Sequence record: OZ335957.1
Length of the DNA: 40,153 nucleotides
Direction: 5' to 3' (one strand)
Origin: a phage
Positions 8,160 through 18,413 of this stretch are shown piece by piece (the first letter of the stretch is position 1; every line of letters starts with the position of its first letter). Position numbers and translations under genes: made by a program. The notes beneath the pieces are model-generated. The model had not been told where the DNA came from, made no database searches, and saw only the letters and a program-made list of their open reading frames with translations.

Positions 8160-8200
8160 GACTCAAGGTCATGACTCAAAGTCGTGGCCTTCATGATTAA
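8158..8200 (+). promoter_or_regulatory. Conserved hairpin element, copy 1 (RNase III site-like, R1.1 position)
   Basis: TAGACTCAAGGTCAT..GTGGCCTTCATGATTA; stem AAGGTCA/TGGCCTT conserved in three copies (8158, 15524, 39611). Confidence 0.4.
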
Positions 8201-8232
8201 CCCTAAATAAACACTACTGGAGATTTAACCGT

Positions 8233-8412
8233 ATGTATCAGAATACTATCAACTTCGAGCGCATCCGTGAACGTCAGCAGACTGAAGGTTACATTCCTAA
8301 GGGCCGCAAGCTGAACAAGACTAAACGTGGAGGCGGCATCAAAGGTGCTTTCCGTAACGCTGAAGGTAAAGACTCTATGGTCAACCAAGAGAAATACTTC
8401 GTAGGAGCATAA
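8233..8412 (+). CDS. 1.1: gp1.1-like small basic protein (59 aa)
   Basis: KGRKLNKTKR motif as in T7 gp1.1; GGAG RBS. Confidence 0.6.
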   Translation: MYQNTINFERIRERQQTEGYIPKGRKLNKTKRGGGIKGAFRNAEGKDSMVNQEKYFVGA

Positions 8413-8416
8413 CTCT

Positions 8417-8680
8417 ATGGGCCGACTTTATAGTGGCAACCTCAACGCTTTCAGAGCAGCGTGTAACAGGCTTTATCAGTTAGACTTCGCTGTTATATCT
8501 CAGGAGTTTCAAGACCATGTGTCACACCAAGAGTGCATGAAACTCAGGGTGGAGGACAGAACTGGTAACATCTTCGCGCTTGAGTCCTTCGCACACTACG
8601 ATGACGACGTGCTGTATAATACTGCAACCGACTACCTCAACGGTCTCGCTGACCAACTAGACACATGGAGCAAAGCATAA
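8417..8680 (+). CDS. 1.2: gp1.2-like protein (host dGTPase inhibitor in T7)
   Basis: MGRLYSGNLNAFRAACNRLYQLDFAVI...LRVEDRTGN matches T7 gp1.2 N-terminus. Confidence 0.85.
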   Translation: MGRLYSGNLNAFRAACNRLYQLDFAVISQEFQDHVSHQECMKLRVEDRTGNIFALESFAHYDDDVLYNTATDYLNGLADQLDTWSKA

Positions 8681-9720
8681 TGACAACTATCAAAACTAAC
8701 CCGCACCGCGCTGTAGATTACTCTGAGTCTGGCATTAAGAAGGCACTGGAAGCAGCCGGGTCTCTGGAAGCTGAAGTGAAGTACGATGGTGTCCGGCTGA
8801 ACCTTCCGGTGCTGCGAGAAGGTGAGACATACTGGTTAAGCCGTGAGTCTAAACCGCTGCCAGCACTGGAGTGGATGAACTCTGAGTTAGGGAATGCGTG
8901 GACTCAAGCTGACTGGCGATGGTTCCTGCGTCAAGCTGGATACGAAGGCGTGGGACTGATGATTGACGGAGAGGTAATGGTCAAAGGCGTTGACTTCAAC
9001 ACATCATCGGGTCTCATCCGAACGAAGTGGCTGAAGCCTAGCAACGAGGAGTTCGCTGAATGCTATCCGGGACGTGGCAAGAAGGTCCCGTTCTGGGTCG
9101 CCCGGTCACGACTCAAGGTTGTGGTCTACGGTGTCGTCGACATGACGACCATAGCCGACCCGAAAGCAGAAGGTCCTATCCATAGCGTCACACGCCTGAA
9201 GGCCGAAGCTATCGTACCTCTCCTCCAGAAATACTTCCCGGAAATCGACTGGGTTCTGTCTGAGTCACACACGGTCTATGACCTTGAGTCGCTCAACTCC
9301 CTGTACGAACAGAAGCGTCTGGAAGGACATGAGGGTCTGGTGGTCAAGGACCCACTTGGAAAATACAAGCGCGGCAAGAAGTCAGGCATGTGGAAAATGA
9401 AGCCTGAGGAGACAATTGACGGGACCGTGTGTGGACTCGTGTGGGGGACTCCGGGTAAGGCTAACGAAGGTAAGATCATCGGCTTTGAGGTTCTACTGGA
9501 AGATGGCATGGTGGTTAACGCCTGTGGTCTGACTGAGAAGCAGAAGGACGAGTTCACGGAAGCCTGTAACACTGACACATATATCCTTGGTGGTGTCAAT
9601 CCTTACGAGGGCTGGCAGGTTGAAGTCCTCTACATGGAGCGATTCCCTGACGGCTCACTGCGTCACCCTAGCTTCAAGTGCTGGCGCGGGACGGAAGATA
9701 ACCCGACCATTAAGAGCTAA
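8680..9720 (+). CDS. 1.3: ATP-dependent DNA ligase (T7 gp1.3-like); alternative upstream start at 8665
   Basis: MTTIKTNP N-terminus as in T7 ligase; adenylation motif KYDGVR; TAATG coupling at 8680. Confidence 0.92.
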   Translation: MTTIKTNPHRAVDYSESGIKKALEAAGSLEAEVKYDGVRLNLPVLREGETYWLSRESKPLPALEWMNSELGNAWTQADWRWFLRQAGYEGVGLMIDGEVMVKGVDFNTSSGLIRTKWLKPSNEEFAECYPGRGKKVPFWVARSRLKVVVYGVVDMTTIADPKAEGPIHSVTRLKAEAIVPLLQKYFPEIDWVLSESHTVYDLESLNSLYEQKRLEGHEGLVVKDPLGKYKRGKKSGMWKMKPEETIDGTVCGLVWGTPGKANEGKIIGFEVLLEDGMVVNACGLTEKQKDEFTEACNTDTYILGGVNPYEGWQVEVLYMERFPDGSLRHPSFKCWRGTEDNPTIKS

Positions 9721-9731
9721 CTAAATGTCAA

Positions 9732-9768
9732 CCCAGTGGTCTTAGGACTGCTGGGTTTCTTTGCTTTG
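9732..9768 (+). terminator. Intrinsic terminator after ligase gene (T7 TE-like position)
   Basis: 10-bp stem CCCAGTGGTC/GACTGCTGGG (two G-U pairs), loop TTAG, followed by TTTCTTTGCTTTG. Confidence 0.5.
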
Positions 9769-9803
9769 TGCTAGCAAGCTATCGTCTGGGCCACCAGCTC
9801 GAC

Positions 9804-9826
9804 CCTAAGCTATCACTATAGGACAA
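9804..9826 (+). promoter_or_regulatory. Phage RNAP promoter, +1 G at 9821
   Basis: CCTAAGCTATCACTATA GGACAA. Confidence 0.75.
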
Positions 9827-9850
9827 CCATCAACAACCTAAGGAGACTCT

Positions 9851-10111
9851 ATGTCTAAGAACTTAATGTTCAACCGCTATACCAATACATTCCACCTGTC
9901 CAACAACCCGTTCGCTTACATTAAGCGCAACGAGAAGCTGGGCTACTTCGGGAAGGCTGTTAAGTTATCACCTACAGTATTCGCTCTGATTACTCCGGGA
10001 AAAGCTGAAGAGGCTCGCCAAAAGCGTGAGACCAACGTACCTGTGGTCTACACTAAATGGCCTCGCGTTCGTCTGTTTGTTGAGTTCGTGAAGGAGGTGA
10101 TCAATGGTTAA
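9851..10111 (+). CDS. Hypothetical protein (86 aa), gene 1.6 position
   Basis: RBS AAGGAG; position and size only. Confidence 0.55.
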   Translation: MSKNLMFNRYTNTFHLSNNPFAYIKRNEKLGYFGKAVKLSPTVFALITPGKAEEARQKRETNVPVVYTKWPRVRLFVEFVKEVING

Positions 10112-10544
10112 GGTGGGGGATACAGTTGAATATGTTGGACCAGTTGAAGCCTACACGGGACGCTCCTGTGGCAAGGTGATAGTGGTTAAGAATGAGCATG
10201 TAGCTGTTGTTAAGTGGCCCGGTTTATCTGAACCACTCAGTCACTCCATTAGCTCCTTAAGTATTACCAATCAGGCTCAGTCCGAGCCGACAACCATAGA
10301 TCAGGGAGATAGCGTCCGTAAGCCGTCGTACTATCAGGTCTTTGACGGTGTGGAATCCATTGAGATTATCGCCAGGTCCATGACTGTCAGTGAGTTCCGT
10401 GGTTTCTGCATGGGTAACGTCCTGAAGTATCGACTCCGAGCTGGTAAGAAGTCCGAGCTGGCGACTATGGAGAAGGACATGGCGAAAGCTGAGTTCTATG
10501 GTGAACTTTACGAGAAACATAAGGACAAGTGTTATGACGCGTGA
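10104..10544 (+). CDS. Hypothetical protein (146 aa), gene 1.7 position; possibly DUF3310-type
   Basis: Position; C-terminal SYYQVF..IEII..MTVSEFRGFCMGNVLKYRLRAGKK pattern is tentatively recalled as DUF3310-like. Confidence 0.55.
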   Translation: MVKVGDTVEYVGPVEAYTGRSCGKVIVVKNEHVAVVKWPGLSEPLSHSISSLSITNQAQSEPTTIDQGDSVRKPSYYQVFDGVESIEIIARSMTVSEFRGFCMGNVLKYRLRAGKKSELATMEKDMAKAEFYGELYEKHKDKCYDA

Positions 10545-10761
10545 AGAACTTAAAGCTGTAGGGGTGAAGCGTAGAGCGCTCAGTTTTTACCGAGCATACA
10601 AGGCGCTACGTAAGGGTATGTTAGCGTTCTCATTAGGACACAGTGAGTATTGTGACTATGACCTCCTACCGTTTGCTTATATGAAGACTCCTAGTATGAT
10701 TATTAGGGTAGAGGAGTATGACCATTCTGACGACTGTGTAATGGTGAACCGATATGCTTAA
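10534..10761 (+). CDS. Hypothetical protein (75 aa)
   Basis: First ATG after end of upstream gene within a longer ORF-track frame; Cys/His-containing. Confidence 0.4.
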   Translation: MTREELKAVGVKRRALSFYRAYKALRKGMLAFSLGHSEYCDYDLLPFAYMKTPSMIIRVEEYDHSDDCVMVNRYA

Positions 10762-10848
10762 ACCGAGTGAGTGGTGCCGGGAGATGTACGAGAAGACTCT
10801 CAACCCGGACTACATTACGTTATACAACCAATGGAAGGAGCGTGGTCT

Positions 10849-11007
10849 ATGACTGACGTAGAAAAGAAATACATCGTGGAGCTTGAGGGTCGCGTTCAGT
10901 CATTCGAGGTTCCGGTGTACGCAAAGTCTCTTGAAGAGGCTACCCTGAAGTCCCAAGAGTATGAGGACGCTGGGTTTGTGGTCGGACGGATTCGTCCTGA
11001 GACCTAA
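10849..11007 (+). CDS. 2: gp2-like inhibitor of host RNA polymerase (52 aa)
   Basis: [14 protein letters not shown]...[10 protein letters not shown] matches T7 gp2 (SFEVPIYAETLDEA...GFEVTRVRP); AGGAG RBS; internal start of ORF-track 10771 frame. Confidence 0.75.
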   Translation: MTDVEKKYIVELEGRVQSFEVPVYAKSLEEATLKSQEYEDAGFVVGRIRPET

Positions 11008-11025
11008 ACTATCACTGTAGGACAG
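11003..11025 (+). promoter_or_regulatory. Phage RNAP promoter variant (CACTGTAGG), +1 G at 11020
   Basis: CCTAAACTATCACTGTA GGACAG; one mismatch at -3; overlaps gp2 stop codon. Confidence 0.6.
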
Positions 11026-11065
11026 ACGTCCAGTTCGTAACTTTTAAATTAGGAGATTTACACCA

Positions 11066-11758
11066 ATGGCTAAAGAGCAACTGAAGACTTTCACCACTCC
11101 GGTAGCTGGTATCGTTGAGCCTTACGCATGGCTGAACAAAGCAGACACCAAGTTTAACGAGCGTGGTGAGCATAAGGTTAACCTGACATTCGACCTGAAC
11201 GACCAGAAGGTCCGTAAGATGATTGATGTCTTACAGAAGATTCACGACGATGCGTATGCGAAAGCACTTGCAGACCACGAGAAGAACCCACCTCAGGTTC
11301 AGCGTGGCAAGAAGCCTATTGAACCACGAGAAGGCGACATGCCGTGGATTGAGAATGGTGACGGTACTGTTACCATGAAGTTTAAATGCTTCGCGTCTTA
11401 CCTGAAGGATGGTAAGTCAGAGCCTATCGTATTACGGTTCTACGACACCGATGCTAAGTTAATCCGTGACGTCCCGAATATCGGCGCTGGCTCAAAGCTG
11501 AAGGTCAAGTTTAAAGTCCTGCCGTTCAAGTGGAACGCTGCGACTGGTGCAAGCGTTAAGCTACAGCTTGAGTCATGCCTTCTGGTAGAACTGAAGGAGT
11601 GGAAAGGTGATGGTGGCGATGGTGGCTGGGGTGAGGATGAAGACCTCGGTACTGGTTACAAAGCGTCAACTGATGGTGACTTCGGGTCTGATGACTTCGG
11701 TGACGATGGTTCCGAAGGTGGTGACGACTCTGGCTCTGGTGGCGATTACGACTTCTAA
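11066..11758 (+). CDS. 2.5: Single-stranded DNA-binding protein (T7 gp2.5-like)
   Basis: 230 aa, Gly/Asp-rich acidic tail ending DYDF as in T7 gp2.5. Confidence 0.92.
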   Translation: MAKEQLKTFTTPVAGIVEPYAWLNKADTKFNERGEHKVNLTFDLNDQKVRKMIDVLQKIHDDAYAKALADHEKNPPQVQRGKKPIEPREGDMPWIENGDGTVTMKFKCFASYLKDGKSEPIVLRFYDTDAKLIRDVPNIGAGSKLKVKFKVLPFKWNAATGASVKLQLESCLLVELKEWKGDGGDGGWGEDEDLGTGYKASTDGDFGSDDFGDDGSEGGDDSGSGGDYDF

Positions 11759-12210
11759 TGGCCCAATGGTCTGCAAAACGGGGGCACTCTGTGGGTGCCT
11801 ACCGCTCTGGACTTGAAGCCAAGAACCAGCAGTGGCTGGAACAGAACGGCGTCAAAGCGGAGTACGAAAGCCATTATATCAACTATGTGATTCCGGCTTC
11901 CGACCACAAGTACACACCAGATTTTATCCTTCCCAACGGTATCATCGTGGAGACCAAAGGTATCTTCGATAGTGATGACCGTAAGAAGCACCTTCTGGTA
12001 CGAGAACAGCACCCAGAGTTAGACATCCGGTTCGTGTTCTCAAGTTCCCGCTCCAAGTTATACAAAGGGTCTCCGACCACGTATGGCGCATGGTGCGAAA
12101 AGAACGGCTTTAAATTTGCCGATAAATTCATCCCGGTTGAGTGGCTGCGAGAGGCGACTGTACGTCTGCCTTCAGGTATACTCATCCCCAAGAAGAAAGG
12201 AGTTAAGTGA
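11758..12210 (+). CDS. 3: Endonuclease I, Holliday-junction resolvase (T7 gp3-like)
   Basis: YVIPASDHKYTPDF, ETKG, DDRKKHLLVREQHPELDIRFVFSSSRSKLYKGSPTTYG matches T7 endo I. Confidence 0.93.
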   Translation: MAQWSAKRGHSVGAYRSGLEAKNQQWLEQNGVKAEYESHYINYVIPASDHKYTPDFILPNGIIVETKGIFDSDDRKKHLLVREQHPELDIRFVFSSSRSKLYKGSPTTYGAWCEKNGFKFADKFIPVEWLREATVRLPSGILIPKKKGVK

Positions 12211-12665
12211 TGACTACCTGTAAAGACCTTGAAGTTGGAACACGTTACAGATTCTCAAAGAACACCCTGTTGAATAACCCCAGCTTCACTGATGCTGTTT
12301 TCGAAAAGCGAGAAGACCATAGCGTAATTGTGGAGAAGGGGTGGCATCCTGAGGATTATATCGGTGAGACTACCAGCTGGAATGGTCACGAGACCTACAG
12401 TGTAGAAGTTGTTGACCAGCCTCAAGTCCTGCCAGCTTCGAGCGTACCTCCTGTGACTGTGAAGCGTGAAGTCCTGACAATCGACAAGATTGGTGTAGGC
12501 CAGACGTTCATCGTCCATGGAAAGCCTGAAGAAGTTTACGTGAAGATTAGCAACTCACACGTCTTCAACCATAAGCGTCTCCAGATGCACACCACGGACG
12601 CACAACGCTTCACCCAGCACCTGAATCTAGTGGTCGTAGAATTGGTGGTGTACAATGGTAAGTAA
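12207..12665 (+). CDS. Hypothetical protein (152 aa) inserted between endonuclease I and lysozyme genes
   Basis: ORF coupled to both neighbours (overlapping start/stop); no T7 counterpart at this position; no motif recognised. Confidence 0.6.
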   Translation: MMTTCKDLEVGTRYRFSKNTLLNNPSFTDAVFEKREDHSVIVEKGWHPEDYIGETTSWNGHETYSVEVVDQPQVLPASSVPPVTVKREVLTIDKIGVGQTFIVHGKPEEVYVKISNSHVFNHKRLQMHTTDAQRFTQHLNLVVVELVVYNGK

Positions 12666-13113
12666 GGTACAGTTCAACCCACGGTCCCGGACTGACGCTA
12701 TCTTCGTTCACTGTTCGGCTACCAAGCCAGAGATGGACATCGGGGTAGAGACCATCCGTATGTGGCACAAGCAGCAAGGCTGGCTGGACGTAGGCTACCA
12801 CTTTATCATCAAGCGCGATGGTACTGTGGAAGAGGGTCGCCCGGTAAACGTCGTAGGGTCACACGTTAAGGACTGGAACTCACGGTCTGTAGGCGTCTGC
12901 CTTGTAGGTGGAATTGACGCTAAGGGCAAGTTTGAAGCTAACTTCACTCCTGACCAGATGAACTCCCTACGCAACAAGCTGGCTGACCTGAAGTCCCTGT
13001 ATCCTCAGGCAGAAATCAAAGCACATCATGATGTAGCACCAAAGGCGTGTCCAAGTTTCGACTTACAGCGCTGGCTGTCTATTAATGAGCTGGTCACTTC
13101 CGACCACGGTTAA
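12655..13113 (+). CDS. 3.5: Lysozyme / N-acetylmuramoyl-L-alanine amidase (T7 gp3.5-like)
   Basis: DAIFVHCSATKP, WLDVGYHFIIKRDGTVEEGR, HHDVAPKACPSFDL, NELVTSD match T7 lysozyme. Confidence 0.95.
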   Translation: MVSKVQFNPRSRTDAIFVHCSATKPEMDIGVETIRMWHKQQGWLDVGYHFIIKRDGTVEEGRPVNVVGSHVKDWNSRSVGVCLVGGIDAKGKFEANFTPDQMNSLRNKLADLKSLYPQAEIKAHHDVAPKACPSFDLQRWLSINELVTSDHG

Positions 13114-13137
13114 TAAACTCTAAAGGAGAATAACTTA

Positions 13138-13353
13138 ATGATTAAACTTATCGAATTTCTAGGTCGTCTGGTGGTGCGTGGTTATCGTCGTGCTGCGGTA
13201 CTGGAACGAAAGGTAGAAAAGAAGACTGCTGATGGCGCGGCTGATGCGGCTGCTCTGGCTGACAAGCTAACCATCGCGTCACTGGAAGCTGGCATGAAGG
13301 CTCGTCAGGCTGATACCAAAGCTGACCAGTTGGCTCAGTTCTTCAAAGACTAA
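13138..13353 (+). CDS. Hypothetical protein (71 aa)
   Basis: RBS AAAGGAG; Ala-rich helical sequence. Confidence 0.5.
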   Translation: MIKLIEFLGRLVVRGYRRAAVLERKVEKKTADGAADAAALADKLTIASLEAGMKARQADTKADQLAQFFKD

Positions 13354-13391
13354 ACTATCACCTTAGGGATGGGACCATGAGTCCTGTCCCT
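13349..13391 (+). promoter_or_regulatory. Degenerate promoter-like sequence overlapping an 11-bp-stem hairpin (R3.8-like)
   Basis: ACTAAACTATCACCTTAGGG (CTTA replaces TATA at -4..-1); hairpin AGGGATGGGAC-CATGA-GTCCTGTCCCT at 13365-13391. Confidence 0.35.
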
Positions 13392-13421
13392 TTGTTCGCA
13401 TTTGTGACTAAGGAGTGACCG

Positions 13422-13601
13422 ATGGTTACAGTTATTCTAGTTCTAACGCTTATCAGTGGTAGTGGGCAAACTATCAGCCAAGTACCTATAACAGCACCAA
13501 CATTACAGGACGCATTCACAATATGTGACCAGTCCGGCTCAAAGTGGGCCGACAAGTTTGGCGATGTCTCAAACGTTGCAGCAGGGTATGAGTGTATTTA
13601 A
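13422..13601 (+). CDS. Hypothetical small protein (59 aa) with signal-peptide-like N-terminus
   Basis: RBS TAAGGAGTGACC identical to that of the primase gene; MVTVILVLTLISGSG hydrophobic N-terminus. Confidence 0.4.
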   Translation: MVTVILVLTLISGSGQTISQVPITAPTLQDAFTICDQSGSKWADKFGDVSNVAAGYECI

Positions 13602-13608
13602 GGAGTGA

Positions 13609-15312
<1,704 letters not shown>

Positions 15313-15355
15313 TCGGGACATCGCTGACTATAAGAATTTTTACGGAGGACCGTTA

Positions 15356-15520
15356 GTGTTAAAGAAACTTAAAGCTCGATATCACATGTTCATGTACAAA
15401 TGGTGGAGCGATGAAGCAACCTGCCTGTCGAACATTCTGGGAGACCAGCGGTTCAACTCTGAGGCATGGAAGAAAGCTAACCGGAAGTTCATGTATCACT
15501 TCTTGCGTACAGACTTCTAG
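15356..15520 (+). CDS. Hypothetical small protein (54 aa, GTG start)
   Basis: GGAGG 7 nt upstream of GTG; 3' part of ORF-track frame 15041..15520 lying downstream of primase stop. Confidence 0.3.
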   Translation: MLKKLKARYHMFMYKWWSDEATCLSNILGDQRFNSEAWKKANRKFMYHFLRTDF

Positions 15521-15523
15521 GTC

Positions 15524-15566
15524 TAGACTCAAGGTCATTCATAGCGAGTGGCCTTTATGATTAGAC
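15524..15566 (+). promoter_or_regulatory. Conserved hairpin element, copy 2 (RNase III site-like, R4.7 position)
   Basis: TAGACTCAAGGTCATTCATAGCGAGTGGCCTTTATGATTAGACT. Confidence 0.4.
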
Positions 15567-15584
15567 TAAAGCGGAGGATTAACC

Positions 15585-17756
15585 ATGTTTGACCTTAAGA
15601 GTATCTGGGGTTCTGACATCGAGACCAACGGTCTCCTTGATACAGTCTCCCAGTTTCACTGTGGGGTCCTGATTAACGCCGAGTCGAATGAGACCCTTAA
15701 GTATGGGGTAGCTCCGATGGTCGGTATCGTCGGCGGCTTCAAAGAGTATGTTCATAAAGTGGAAGAGATTGCAGCATCACCTGATGGTATGCTGGTATTC
15801 CATAACGGTATCAACTATGACGTCCCGGCTATAGACAAGCTGAAGCGTTTGTACTTTGGGAAACGCTTTAACTTCCCGAAACATAAGATGATTGATACCT
15901 TGGTGCTGGGACGCTTGATGTATCCAAACATTAAGTTCTCAGACATGGGCGCAGTGAAAGCTGGTCGTCTGCCACCTAAGATGATGGGACGCCAGTCTCT
16001 TGAGGCTTGGGGCTATCGTCTCGGTGAGATGAAAGGTGAGTACAAACACGATTACGTTGCCAAGTGCAAGGCTGAAGGTATCGAATATAAGGCTGGGGAC
16101 GAATGGTTGTTCCCGTCTCAGGAGATGCTGGACTATAACGTTCAAGACGTTGTGGTCACACTGGCGTTGTTCAAGAAGTTCCTGACTGACAAGTATTACT
16201 TCCAGTCTGAACAGTTCGCTTTCGACCAGATTTATGCGTTGCGTCTGGAACATGATGCTGCGTGGACCTGTGCGAAGATGGAGCGTAACGGCTATCCGAT
16301 GAACACCGAGATGGTCGAAGGCTTATATCGTGAACTCACTGTCAAACGTGCAGAGTTGCTGGACAAGCTGCGTTCGACTTTCGGTAGCTGGTACGCACCA
16401 AAGGGAGGCAAGGAGTTCTTCAGGCATCCACGGACAGGTAAGGACCTTCCGAAGTATCCGAGGGTCGTGTATCCTAAGGTCGGTGGCATCTTTAAGAAGC
16501 CGAAGAACAAAGCTCAACGCTTAGGTCTTGAACCTTGTGAACGCGATACGCGAGACACGATGGAAGGAGCACCATTCACGCCAATCACTTACGTTGAGTT
16601 TAATCCGGGAAGCGGAGACCACTTAGCGAAAGTCCTGATGGAGCGTGGCTGGGAGCCTGTTGACTTCACTGACACCGGGAAACCTGTAGTCGATGACGAG
16701 ACGTTGGAACACGTTAAGTTACCAGACGCAGAGGCTCAGGCTTGTGTAGAGCTGGTCCGTGAGTATCTGGTAGTCCAGAAGCGCATCGGGCAGGCTGCTG
16801 AAGGTAAGAACGCATGGTTGAAACTTGTAGGTCCAGACGGACGTATGCACGGTTCAATCAACCCTTGTGGAGCAGTAACCGGACGTGCGACCCATAGTTC
16901 ACCAAACATGGCTCAGGTCCCGGCTAACGGTGCTCCATACGGTGAGACTTGCCGTGGTGCTTTCGGTGCAGCGTGGAACAAGAAGGACGGTAAGCCAGAC
17001 CCTTGGATTCAAGTAGGTGTGGACGCTTCAGGTCTTGAGCTTCGTTGTCTGGGGAACCGAGCGGCTCCGTTTGATGGTGGAGACTATGCGAAGACTGTGG
17101 TCGAAGGGGACATCCACTGGGCCAACGCAGTAAACGCTGGGTTAGCACCTAACGTCCCACGCGATAAGTCGAACCATGACCATGATGCTTTCCGTAACAA
17201 CGCTAAGACGTTCATCTATGCGTTCCTGTATGGTGCAGGGGCCGCTAAGATTGGACTGATAGTTGGCGGTGGTAAGAAGGAAGGTGCTACCCTGATGAAG
17301 AAATTCATTGAGGGTACACCAGCTATTAAAGACCTCAGGGAAGCTGTGAGTAATACGTTAATCTCCGAATCCAAATGGGTAGATGGAGAGAACATCGTGA
17401 AGTGGAAACGTCGCTGGCTGAAAGGTCTGGATGGTCGCCGTATCCACATCCGGTCTCCACACTCAGCACTAAACGCATTACTTCAAGGCGATGGTGCGGT
17501 TGTCTGTAAGCACTGGATTGTAGAGACTGAACGTATGCTTGAAGAGGCAGGGTATGTTCACGGCTGGGAGGGAGACTTCGCGTACATGGCCTGGGTTCAC
17601 GACGAATTGCAGATTGCGTGCCGTACTCAGGAGATTGCCGAAGAAGTCGTCAAGATTGCTCAACTTGCTATGCGTAAGGTGGGTGAGTTCTATAACTTTA
17701 AATGTGTCCTTGATACCGAAGGTAAGATTGGACCAACGTGGAAGGAGTGCCATTGA
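15585..17756 (+). CDS. 5: DNA polymerase (T7 gp5-like, family A) with 3'-5' exonuclease domain
   Basis: 723 aa; SDIETNGL (exo I), FHNG.NYDVPA, GSWY.PKGG, KTFIYAFLYGAG (motif B), WVHDELQ (motif C) collinear with T7 gp5. Confidence 0.98.
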   Translation: MFDLKSIWGSDIETNGLLDTVSQFHCGVLINAESNETLKYGVAPMVGIVGGFKEYVHKVEEIAASPDGMLVFHNGINYDVPAIDKLKRLYFGKRFNFPKHKMIDTLVLGRLMYPNIKFSDMGAVKAGRLPPKMMGRQSLEAWGYRLGEMKGEYKHDYVAKCKAEGIEYKAGDEWLFPSQEMLDYNVQDVVVTLALFKKFLTDKYYFQSEQFAFDQIYALRLEHDAAWTCAKMERNGYPMNTEMVEGLYRELTVKRAELLDKLRSTFGSWYAPKGGKEFFRHPRTGKDLPKYPRVVYPKVGGIFKKPKNKAQRLGLEPCERDTRDTMEGAPFTPITYVEFNPGSGDHLAKVLMERGWEPVDFTDTGKPVVDDETLEHVKLPDAEAQACVELVREYLVVQKRIGQAAEGKNAWLKLVGPDGRMHGSINPCGAVTGRATHSSPNMAQVPANGAPYGETCRGAFGAAWNKKDGKPDPWIQVGVDASGLELRCLGNRAAPFDGGDYAKTVVEGDIHWANAVNAGLAPNVPRDKSNHDHDAFRNNAKTFIYAFLYGAGAAKIGLIVGGGKKEGATLMKKFIEGTPAIKDLREAVSNTLISESKWVDGENIVKWKRRWLKGLDGRRIHIRSPHSALNALLQGDGAVVCKHWIVETERMLEEAGYVHGWEGDFAYMAWVHDELQIACRTQEIAEEVVKIAQLAMRKVGEFYNFKCVLDTEGKIGPTWKECH

Positions 17757-17917
17757 TGAAGAAGCAGATCTTTACAAGACAGGAGGTCATAGACCTTATG
17801 AGAAGTGCTTGGTGGAGTGGTCACGAGACCTCTCGCTATTGCCCGAACTTGTCAGGGTCTTGTGCTTCTGACATCCGTGAGCTTCTTACACCTGATGCCG
17901 AAGAGGAGAAAGACTAA
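17756..17917 (+). CDS. Hypothetical small protein (53 aa)
   Basis: ATG overlaps DNAP stop; stop overlaps gp5.5 start; Cys-containing. Confidence 0.4.
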   Translation: MKKQIFTRQEVIDLMRSAWWSGHETSRYCPNLSGSCASDIRELLTPDAEEEKD

Positions 17918-18207
17918 TGGCTATGACCAAACGTATGCGAGTATCGTTCTCGCTGGGTGCTGTGCTGTCTACTGAAGACGTGAAGCAGTTCGAGAAGTCT
18001 CTCTGTGAGCTGAGCCATAAGGTCCTGAACGGTGAGAAAGTCTCAGGGTTCGAGCGTAAGATGGTCGAAGTTGGCGTGACTGAGGGTCTGGAAGCTGTAG
18101 TCGAGCTGGTCTTCAAGAAAGGTATCGTCGATGGCCTGAAAGAGGACCTAAGCCACTACGCCGACCAACCGTCCTTCGGTGACTTCCGAGTGGAGTTCAA
18201 GAAATGA
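17917..18207 (+). CDS. 5.5: gp5.5-like protein (H-NS binding in T7)
   Basis: MAMTKRMRVSF N-terminus matches T7 gp5.5 (MAMTKKFKVSF). Confidence 0.8.
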   Translation: MAMTKRMRVSFSLGAVLSTEDVKQFEKSLCELSHKVLNGEKVSGFERKMVEVGVTEGLEAVVELVFKKGIVDGLKEDLSHYADQPSFGDFRVEFKK

Positions 18208-18413
18208 GTGAATACTTACGGGTCCTAGCGGCCCTTAAGTCCTGCCCGAAGACCTTCCAGTCCAACTATGTGCGCAACAACGCTGCACTGGTGGCTGAGG
18301 CTGCGAGTCGTGGACATCTAAGCTGCCTGTCTATGGATGGGCGTAACAACGGTGCGTGGGAGATTACCGCTGCTGGCACCAAGTTCCTGAACCAACATGG
18401 AGGCTGTCTATGA
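18204..18413 (+). CDS. 5.7: gp5.7-like protein
   Basis: KSCPKTFQSNYVRNNAALVAEAASRGHLSCL...GAWEITAAGTKFL nearly identical in pattern to T7 gp5.7. Confidence 0.85.
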   Translation: MSEYLRVLAALKSCPKTFQSNYVRNNAALVAEAASRGHLSCLSMDGRNNGAWEITAAGTKFLNQHGGCL

